Of a stretch of DNA of 28,716 bases, positions 19,001 through 24,241 are shown piece after piece. This DNA comes from a virus (Duplodnaviria; Caudoviricetes), in the IMG/VR virus record IMGVR_UViG_3300030207_003699, positions 1 to 28,716 of that record. One strand, written 5' to 3'. The notes beneath the pieces were generated by a model. The model was not told the DNA's origin, made no database searches, and worked only from the letters and a program-made list of their open reading frames with translations. How positions within the stretch are numbered: the stretch's first letter is position 1; each line of letters starts with the position of its first letter. The translations under genes and the position numbers were made by a program.

Positions 19001-19454
19001 TTTAAGTTTTCAAACTGTTAGTGGTGGTAATTGTGTTGTTCCAGGTGCTACAAATTGGGCTTGGACTTTAAATCAATGGGGTAATCCTGTTGGAGCAGGT
19101 GCGATGCCTGGAGCTGTTTGTGAATTTGAAGGTTGTACAGATCCTAATGCTGTTAATTATAATTTTGACAATCAATTTCCAACAGGCTCTGCTGTTGCAT
19201 CTTACCCTAATGGTACTTTTAATTTAACAGGAAATAGCACGTTGTTTAGCTATGGTAACAGTATCTTAGGGTCTCCAGTTACGCAAGATGGAGATCCTTT
19301 TATGTACGGAGGCACTCCTACTCTTTCAGGTACTACTGGTATAGCTGTTGATAATGGAACGTGTTGCTATGTTGATGGCTGTATGGATCCAAATGCTTCT
19401 AATTACGATTCAACCGCTTGTGTTCAAACATCTAGTATTGTATGTCTTCCTTAA
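10059..19454 (+). CDS. Giant tail stabilisation/nozzle-like protein (3131 aa) with C-terminal Cys-rich repeats and FN3 domains
   Basis: N-terminus GKMNKDLDERLVPKGEYRHAMNI and blocks ITGINIVDDMLFWTDN..EPKKINI, FSYRYKYADGEYS, GVVFTDEYGRETPV, YGISTNPESFA and YFTDKVRGAVMRLS resemble P22 gp10-like/crAss-like stabilisation proteins; the C-terminal ~690 aa are repeats. Confidence 0.75.
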   Translation: MPDIKNQFTGGKMNKDLDERLVPKGEYRHAMNIQVSTSEESDVGALQNILGNVPGCSYNDPGGIINQNPIPSGSTTVSSISDEKNDSLYWLVAGPDATNYDITTLTPGTSASGAIVPTTISFKDLIMRTNSDTSIAQSGCEPVFVDLYKFCTTIEPNSGSNLTNQFQLHNPTITHNSIIPGMNVTGFINGAPQFGAVVKSMGGVNTGTATYTSGSFTIPPTPGMTQGVAASSLLRVRTFDTSMSGTGVYDSIVITSSATNTIPITNDPAWSLHQQHGIIFQYIWTITPTTLTMPTAIQLNATCQTPFGSDGEIVDIAYNQTIEEQPGFGPLINCNIITVVPTNPSTFYLLPTAVSNGDLTPTGIAGSQMDYYPSGNSANLNFTAPPAINPTVPDNTINITPASASNSFLDEIYNILFEYQGSGISVPTGAELQIDPFYGAGNLFLPNSCIDPASVVDVNNGFSAGNSGPTTYANVLHIMECGTAQQQTATGTSNIVYSNFPVNASAFNTNGLSLRFVTQSQFGVGSFIFLNKDVEFKDVDALCFDNPERVLNFDKDRLITGINIVDDMLFWTDNFTEPKKINIPRSIEGTEPDGNRHTAIVNTSTGYNLTNYNPVKEEHITVIRKNPKNALELELKTGRDDVSLNYSGVVNTTDGTVQSNIVYSSNNTVIYDFSTLEIGDKVLLEIPQDVLGNTIFDLEWQVGEYVFLKEFDPTGASEPLPLSEFTIRGLIVNSVDNNFSSSTGTVQAEIQIVSVKGTPPSPPSGTTTLSYTIDLENREQVIFEDKLPRFSYRYKYADGEYSTFAPFSDIAFVPSSLNYDAIKGWNKGMINSLRSVVVSGFSPFLFNTSLGQDITEVDILYKEDSSPEVYVVDTLSGLDIPPVGGVLPFNSGSYEIKSETIKNILGSNQLLRSFDNVPRKALAQEVTGSRIVYGNYIQNYDLKVGDKRYKPTFSSYLDTWTRSQEGSPIKSIKSLRDYKLGVVFTDEYGRETPVLISESGGFNVEKINSDKANRLAVKLESAAPQEMAYFKFYIKETSTEYYNLAMDRWYDAEDGNIWLAFPSVDRNKIDIETYLYFKKGSDDTVIENSTKYKVLAIENEAPEFIKTRRVRIGTVTHDSSRILVSGTSPTYSYVFGNSTGPLDEAPRVNGISFSVNYEDIFTSTSLSNLEDIQEDLYVQFVSSTDYSAQYKISEITIDRTLSGFPADAKYFITLDTNLKEDIEFIFDNPSAPTVIQDGVKLQFKKALIENAAKYDGRFFAKIENDGKIKTQITDDSIGVNYIEAASKMVYILDDDETLKTRSSNTYTDGTDNRILMDNSGYVGSAYTNSNPGGENYNFLAARQTYFGAVRTGQFPPAAPGVATMDIVTENNGVWFIDRSTKKYTSYTAGVDDNDLYWSGAYDMSSFSPSCMEFGSGGTGCTGAAATAHSATWGLGQGIRNFSTSSIINLAFGGIDQNPTTDGSDKGAFTPPMQKIGGTADEGIWTIGNNEVAKDYFSIGQDTGNYGDSDTNNFVDRLTSGFSFKWKEDPTETVYTIDGQTYYEHNVRFNRQDVFDSISVKDALDASSSYHKQWRFNVQPSMQSWNPAGPVGTTMNSGLNLGGNMDVIKQVASAVVAGDTIITLNNIDGIEIGMSLGTLLFTQTTFLYTTKVTNVDTINNAVTISPAANGAAALSAPVFFGHTIRLVQENIYGLTNTTDPTENYIVVDKIEATCVNNNLKPLYRLQKGMMLTEFNIDDTVVGSDSPGTTTRDNNIIIKEVGEFDSSIGGYRIDLTGYHTPLHFDTTVGATNPSLLLEFTNPSPTLFQIGQRLVFEQVTMNGASNFTENNTFDTFGTNSFSGVGNGESGGIGAVGYTMQMVEPIDEYSDGGNLPPDPFVWETEPKEDVDLNIYYEISENNPMVLNNDTINLAIPVGSRVTNSSGLGGFDQIDPVFSITHSSENGDEILISGSGIYIGPITPGFPTPIAVGDTLQITRPNGLIFEVEIAEIFPNMVPAGGGLPPTPGFLARRFKLNSSLHNSNYILNWHNCYSFGNGVESNRIKDVFNAPFINTGVKASTTLLQDYKEEHRKYGLIYSGIYNSMSGINNLNQFIQAEKITKDVNPIYGSIQKLHAGWGQGGDLISICEDRVLKILADKDALFNADGDSNVTATNRVLGQTIPYSGDYGISTNPESFASEAYRAYFTDKVRGAVMRLSMDGLTAISDHGMKDWFRDNLKLSSKLVGSYDDRKDEYNITLTYEDENPYTLSFKENVKGWVSFKSFFPENANSCANEYYTYKEGNLWKHHVEQVDSSTGLEINRNTFYGDFTPSSFKVLINDSPGVIKTFHTINYEGTQSKIDELRNYDTIDVATGVVRDTIYNDEYYNVDAKEGWYVKNIITDLEEGAVPEFIKKEGKWFNYIRGKEGSSVNSTVMTNNIAGGFGNADFSFQGIARATGVDTGLIYGCTDVNAFNYNSLADVNQVSETDTSDPCIPVILGCLDSTADDGYFAPIGDPMIDVNTDDGVSCQYYGCQDDGNDPSFPGRPVPYVGAALNYVLNANVTPPGYECTYEVYGCTDNGPNINGAGVVNDIDGDGYAASNYDSLATVNATSAIDPTNPCIPHVIGCMDDGTDPGYSSGGVDRPASYSGTAFNYESANTLDIGHCLYCQYGCTDPAAVNTSPPAIDPYILCDDGSCTYGGCTKPSACNYDPLQTVDDGSCNYCGDTGTNVMNFDGASPSCTANCQYCCDPTILSTTFNPSGTVATISWQPQINAQCVEPEKYTLDLNQIISGAPTYVETKHENHVTGTNTYSKVFSGLNVGEDYTISVKAKCQSGPNIFSGSASSFFTAPAPAPIVIPGCTDPLGCNYNPAATVDDGSCDMDNCNVTALQGAMNYSNTANCDNGCVYCEAPTVSISSLYGTSVVVEVTPAPAPAATTLHYQYVLYPSNSSGYPTGPPIEIANTVTATLYQFTGLTPGNDYAVMVTATCSSFPVVNNAYPSTLANSLSFQTVSGGNCVVPGATNWAWTLNQWGNPVGAGAMPGAVCEFEGCTDPNAVNYNFDNQFPTGSAVASYPNGTFNLTGNSTLFSYGNSILGSPVTQDGDPFMYGGTPTLSGTTGIAVDNGTCCYVDGCMDPNASNYDSTACVQTSSIVCLP
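17382..19451 (+). repeat. Array of Cys-rich GCxD...A.NY...DDGSC protein repeats with two interspersed FN3 domains
   Basis: Nine GC[T/L/Q/M]D units plus one GCTK, e.g. GCTDPLGCNYNPAATVDDGSC and GCMDPNASNYDSTAC. FN3-like units at about 18234-18530 (ISW...Y...FSGLNVGEDYTISVKAKC) and 18708-19016 (FTGLTPGNDYAVMVTATC). Confidence 0.85.
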
Positions 19455-19464
19455 AAAATAAATT

Positions 19465-19833
19465 ATGCCAATAGCAACATTAACATTTAGTTCACCTATA
19501 AATTCTAGCGCACAAGTTGGAGATATAGTTTATTACACTAATCCAACTTCAGCAACAGGTAGCGCTATATTACAAGCTAACACTTCTATTGTAACTAAGT
19601 TTGGACCTATAACTGATATAAGACCTGGTTCTAACCCAGAGATAGATGTTGTGTATGACCTAAGCTTAGTTAGTCCACCAGGTGTTGGTGCTTATATAAT
19701 GTTTGAAAAAGATAAAAAAGTTAATTCTTCTAGCTTAATAGGTTATTATGCGGACATTGAGTTTGAAAATACTTCCAATACAAAAGTAGAAATGTTTTCA
19801 ATTGGTTCAGAGGTTACAGAAAGTAGTAAATAA
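19465..19833 (+). CDS. Small tail-associated structural protein (122 aa)
   Basis: Beta-rich ORF with AAATAAATTATG start context; C-terminus SLIGYYADIEFENTSNTKVEMFSIGSEVTESSK resembles the terminal strands of stabilisation proteins. Confidence 0.7.
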   Translation: MPIATLTFSSPINSSAQVGDIVYYTNPTSATGSAILQANTSIVTKFGPITDIRPGSNPEIDVVYDLSLVSPPGVGAYIMFEKDKKVNSSSLIGYYADIEFENTSNTKVEMFSIGSEVTESSK

Positions 19834-19848
19834 ATAAAAAAATAAATT

Positions 19849-21909
19849 ATGTCAAACGGATACGGAAGTTCTTCAGGTTCATCATATAGTAGTTCTACAC
19901 GCGCGCGTCGTGTTGCAACTACACCTATACCTGCACCTACAACTACACCTACGCCTACACAAGCTCCTATTGTAACACCGCAACCACAAGTAGCACCGCC
20001 TGGTTTTCATTTTATGCCAGATGGAACTCTTATGTCTGACGCTGAGCACATAATGATGTTTGGTAGTATTGCTGATTCTAATATTATTAGAAGTTTAGAC
20101 TTAGATTTATCTAGTATACCAGCAGCTGGAGAACAAAGAAGTTTTAGTGTAATAGGTGATAATGAAAGTGAGTTTATTTTAGAAATAAAAGATAAAGACA
20201 CTGGAAAATACTATAACTTTGCAACTAATCTTTTTCAAACGGCTAGCGCTAGATTAGAAAAAACTATTGTTGGAACATCTTACACTGGCTATATTATTTT
20301 TCCTGCTGTTACTGGCTCTAGCGATCAATATGATATTTTTCTTTATGCTAAACCTGGTACTAGACACGCTAATTATGTAGAGGCTAGATTTGCAGACAAT
20401 AGTTTAGATATAAACTCTTCTATAGGATCTAACTCTTTAATGATGCAAAAAGTAATATACCAATATTCAGCGCTAACACTAACAATGCAAGGTTATTCGC
20501 CTAACTCTACCGTTACTGGTACTTTTTCGTCAGAAACATTTACTGTTGATAAATTTAAAAGTAAAAATAGAACAGCTTTTTCTTTAACAGCTACAGCTAA
20601 TGCTGCTACATCATATAAAATTTTAAAACAACCGTCACCGCAAGACGTGCTTTCTTATTTAAGCGTAACGGTTGGTAGTGATCCAGAGTTATTACCAGGT
20701 GAAGATGAATATCCAACAGCGACTCCAGCTTTTACTGGTGATGATGTAAATGGTGCTGTAACTAGTGGTACTGTAGTTAGAATGGATAATACTGACTTAT
20801 CTGCAGTTATTACGGTTGGAGATAAAATAACAGCGGCTACATCCACTAGCACTATTGATGGCGCTATTGCGGATGGTGATAAAATAGTTTTAGATGATAA
20901 TGTAGCAGACGTTATGGCTATTGGAGATAGAGTAACTGGTTGCGCGGCGTGTGAATCTAATGTTATTGTTGTAAAAAGATTAGATCCTGATGATGATAAC
21001 GCTAAAGAGTTTGAAATTGAATTAGAAGGTGGGGGTGACGCTTCTACAGCTTTTGTTGATGGTGCTACGCTAACTTTTAGTTCAAAGGTAAACAGAAGCT
21101 TAACAACTGTAACTGTTGTAGGAACAAGTGGTACAGCCACTGATTTTACAATGTCTCAAGCAATACAGTTTCGCGATAACCAACCGTTAACTTTTACGCC
21201 TAGAAAAAATAAAAGATGGCCTGTAGATAACATAAATGGACTTTTTACTGGTAACAATGTAATAAAAGAATCTACTGATATAAATATTGAATCAGATACT
21301 TTTTTAACATCTTATAAAGAAACTGTAACTATAGACGCTGATACTGAAAACGAGCGGGTAGAAGTTAAAAGCAGTATACCTGCTATAGATACTAAAGATC
21401 AATTACCAACTATAACTGATGGTATTGTAACTACACAACTAGGTAGTGTTGTGTTTAATAAACAACAACCATTAGCGCTTGGTGGTGATACTATAAAAAT
21501 AGCAGGCTATGGATTAAATAAAATATTTAATTCTTATGGTTATGAAATTTTACTTACTGATTTAGCTATATCACTAGATCCGATTACTACTACTACAACA
21601 TCTACAGTTAGTAATAGTACAACTGTGCCAGTAGCTTCTGTTAATGGTGTTTTACCTTCAACAACTTCTGTAAGTGGTATAGGTATAGATCCAGCTGTAG
21701 ATGATCCAATAGTAAATAGTAGAAGTGTTACTAGTGGGGCTGGTAATTTAGAGCTAAGCGCTGCGCAAACACTAGAAAATGGTGTTACTTTAACATACGC
21801 AAACTCTGGTCAATTAGCAACTATAACTGGTAATATAGAGATATTAAGAGCTGGTTCAAGTAATCAAACTATATATTTTGACTTAGAAAAGTTACTTTCT
21901 GTAACATAA
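19849..21909 (+). CDS. Putative tail/virion surface protein with repeated beta-rich modules (686 aa)
   Basis: T/S/V/D-rich composition; S/T/P-rich N-terminal arm; three related modules of the type G..i.l......i.vGd.vt...tltF; located in the tail gene block. Confidence 0.6.
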   Translation: MSNGYGSSSGSSYSSSTRARRVATTPIPAPTTTPTPTQAPIVTPQPQVAPPGFHFMPDGTLMSDAEHIMMFGSIADSNIIRSLDLDLSSIPAAGEQRSFSVIGDNESEFILEIKDKDTGKYYNFATNLFQTASARLEKTIVGTSYTGYIIFPAVTGSSDQYDIFLYAKPGTRHANYVEARFADNSLDINSSIGSNSLMMQKVIYQYSALTLTMQGYSPNSTVTGTFSSETFTVDKFKSKNRTAFSLTATANAATSYKILKQPSPQDVLSYLSVTVGSDPELLPGEDEYPTATPAFTGDDVNGAVTSGTVVRMDNTDLSAVITVGDKITAATSTSTIDGAIADGDKIVLDDNVADVMAIGDRVTGCAACESNVIVVKRLDPDDDNAKEFEIELEGGGDASTAFVDGATLTFSSKVNRSLTTVTVVGTSGTATDFTMSQAIQFRDNQPLTFTPRKNKRWPVDNINGLFTGNNVIKESTDINIESDTFLTSYKETVTIDADTENERVEVKSSIPAIDTKDQLPTITDGIVTTQLGSVVFNKQQPLALGGDTIKIAGYGLNKIFNSYGYEILLTDLAISLDPITTTTTSTVSNSTTVPVASVNGVLPSTTSVSGIGIDPAVDDPIVNSRSVTSGAGNLELSAAQTLENGVTLTYANSGQLATITGNIEILRAGSSNQTIYFDLEKLLSVT

Positions 21910-21958
21910 AGTAAAAAAACAGTGAAAACTGTGATAATAAATAAATAAAAAGAATAAT

Positions 21959-22927
21959 ATGAAAACACCATTAAAAGATAATGGGCCTTACCAACCAACA
22001 GGAACAGAAACTACATATGACTCAACATCTGGAGCATATCAATATCCTGACATAAGTATATTTGATAGTAACACCCAATACCAGTTATTAAAAGAGCAAA
22101 TAATACAAGGTCAAAATTTTGGACCACAAAATCAAATGGTTACTGGCGGTTTTTCAACCATGTTTCCACCTAGTGATACAACTACTGATGTTACTAAAAC
22201 TGCTAATGGCTCAACTTTTGGTGAACGTTTTGTAGATAATTTATCATCACCACAAGCTATGATGGGTGTGGCTCAAGGTTTAGGTGGTATATTACAAGGC
22301 GCTATTGGCAGCAGTAGAAGAAGAAAAGAACAATTAGCTGCTCAAGATGAGTACGACAAAATGATGCAACAATACAAAGATTTAGATACTAGCAATTTAT
22401 ATGCTGATGTTGAAAACCAATATACTGGCATGGAAAACGTATACGAAGATTTAACAGTAAACAGACAGCAAGCAGAGTTTGAGCGAGATATGTTTAGACA
22501 GCAGCAAGCAAATATCATGCAAGGATTTTCTGCAGCTGCTGGAGGTAGTGGTATAGCTGGTTTAGCACAAGCGTTGGCAAATCAAGGTCAAATAGCTGCA
22601 AGACAAGCTGGGGCTAGTATTGGTGCTCAAGAATCTAGAATTAATATGTTAAGAGCTCAACAAGCTGGTAGATTACAACAACTAGAAAGAGCTGGTGAAG
22701 CACAAGCAGAGGCTATGAGATTAGCTGGCGCTGAAAGAGCTAGAGGCTTAGAATATAGACAAACAGCAACACAACTAGGTATGTCACAACAAAGATTAGC
22801 ACAAGCAAATATGGCTAGAGCACGAGCTCAAGCAGCTTTATATGGTGGTATAGGTAGTTTAGCTGGAACAGCTGCTATGGCTGCAATAGGAGCAATACCT
22901 AGCTCGTCTAGCACAAGTGAGGCGTAA
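21959..22927 (+). CDS. Putative ejection/internal virion (DNA pilot-like) protein (322 aa)
   Basis: Gly/Ala-rich hydrophobic segments (GVAQGLGGILQGAIG, AAAGGSGIAGLAQALA, LYGGIGSLAGTAAMAAIG) flanking Q/A/R-rich coiled coils; first of three genes after the tail block. Confidence 0.6.
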   Translation: MKTPLKDNGPYQPTGTETTYDSTSGAYQYPDISIFDSNTQYQLLKEQIIQGQNFGPQNQMVTGGFSTMFPPSDTTTDVTKTANGSTFGERFVDNLSSPQAMMGVAQGLGGILQGAIGSSRRRKEQLAAQDEYDKMMQQYKDLDTSNLYADVENQYTGMENVYEDLTVNRQQAEFERDMFRQQQANIMQGFSAAAGGSGIAGLAQALANQGQIAARQAGASIGAQESRINMLRAQQAGRLQQLERAGEAQAEAMRLAGAERARGLEYRQTATQLGMSQQRLAQANMARARAQAALYGGIGSLAGTAAMAAIGAIPSSSSTSEA

Positions 22928-22942
22928 AAACAATAAATTAAT

Positions 22943-24235
22943 ATGGCAAAAAAACAATCAATATCATACGGTCCTGATTCAGCTTTAATAAGAGGTGAAG
23001 CAGATATAGCTAGATCAAAAGCTATGCTAAGCTCAGCTGGTGGAACTGCATTTGCTCAAGGACTTACTGGCGCTGTAATATCTAGTATACAAGAGCAAGA
23101 AAAAAGAAACTCTATTAGAGATGCTTATATGGCTGATCTTGGTGGTATTCAAAATATAAACTTGTTAGATGAAGATTATAACAAGCAAGCTGTTACAAAC
23201 TTTGTTAGAAGTAAAAGAGATGAATATGCTAAATTAGCAGATGCTTATGCTAGAACTAAAGATACAGATATTTTAGATAAAATGGAGTCTATTAAATTTT
23301 CTTTTAGTAATTTAAATAACCAATTACAAGGTTTAACAGGTGAACGCAAAGCTTATTTAGATGCTTACGATAAAGGTCAAATAGTGGATATACCAGAGCT
23401 TGGTGATAATATATATACATCGGCATATACTAATAAAGGCCAATTTATAGTTGATGACTCTGGTAACATAGGTTTTAATATTGATGGCACTACAACTCAA
23501 TTTAAAGATATAGCCGGTAAATACAATGTTAAAAGCAATATTGGTGAAACTTTTTCTTTACAACAAAATATTAACGCTAAAAAGCTAGGTGAAGGTGGTA
23601 GAAACTTTTACAGAGACGACACTAAAAACGCTTATATTTCAACGTTTAAACAAACAGGGCCAGAAGGTATAATGGTTATGGCTAAAACAGATTTAACTGG
23701 TGATAATGATTATTTTATAGGTGAAGGAGATAGCAGAAGAAAAGCTGGTAATTTATCTTTTGAGTCTATGTGGTCTCAAGGTATACTAGATGATAAATTT
23801 TACGAGCAAATACCTAAAGGCACTAGCTCAAAATGGATGTATGACAAGAAAAATATTAATATCTTAAATGATTTAATGTCTGAGTATTACACAGATGTTA
23901 CTGAGTTTTCTTATAATCAAGGTAGAGATTTTTACAATATTAAAGAGCAGCAAAGACAAAATAGACAAAGTAAAAAAAGAGATGGAGCTAACGTTAAAGG
24001 CGGTTTTAAAACTTTTGACCAAATAGATAGTGTAGCTCAAGACATAAAAAACAAAACTTCTCATTACGGTTTAGATGGAGTTGGATGGGAGTGGAACGAT
24101 GATGAAGGTGTTTTTATAAGTACTGGTGGTGTTAAAGCTAAAAAAACACAAGAAGAGTTGTTGGGCTTTAATCAAATAAAATATCTATATCCAAATTTGC
24201 TTGGAAGTAGTGTTAACACAGAATTTAAAGACTAA
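22943..24235 (+). CDS. Putative internal virion/ejection protein (430 aa)
   Basis: Helical N-terminal half with a Gly/Ala segment (AGGTAFAQGLTGAVISS); sits between the pilot-like gene and the giant ORF. No catalytic motif recognised. Confidence 0.5.
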   Translation: MAKKQSISYGPDSALIRGEADIARSKAMLSSAGGTAFAQGLTGAVISSIQEQEKRNSIRDAYMADLGGIQNINLLDEDYNKQAVTNFVRSKRDEYAKLADAYARTKDTDILDKMESIKFSFSNLNNQLQGLTGERKAYLDAYDKGQIVDIPELGDNIYTSAYTNKGQFIVDDSGNIGFNIDGTTTQFKDIAGKYNVKSNIGETFSLQQNINAKKLGEGGRNFYRDDTKNAYISTFKQTGPEGIMVMAKTDLTGDNDYFIGEGDSRRKAGNLSFESMWSQGILDDKFYEQIPKGTSSKWMYDKKNINILNDLMSEYYTDVTEFSYNQGRDFYNIKEQQRQNRQSKKRDGANVKGGFKTFDQIDSVAQDIKNKTSHYGLDGVGWEWNDDEGVFISTGGVKAKKTQEELLGFNQIKYLYPNLLGSSVNTEFKD

Positions 24236-24241
24236 AAGTAC

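Noticed and set aside
17382-19454. Cys-rich repeats as a diversity-generating retroelement TR/VR pair or a CRISPR-like array
   Set aside because: The repeats are conserved at protein level but divergent and irregularly spaced in DNA. I saw no near-identical pair differing only at adenines, and no reverse transcriptase or cas gene.
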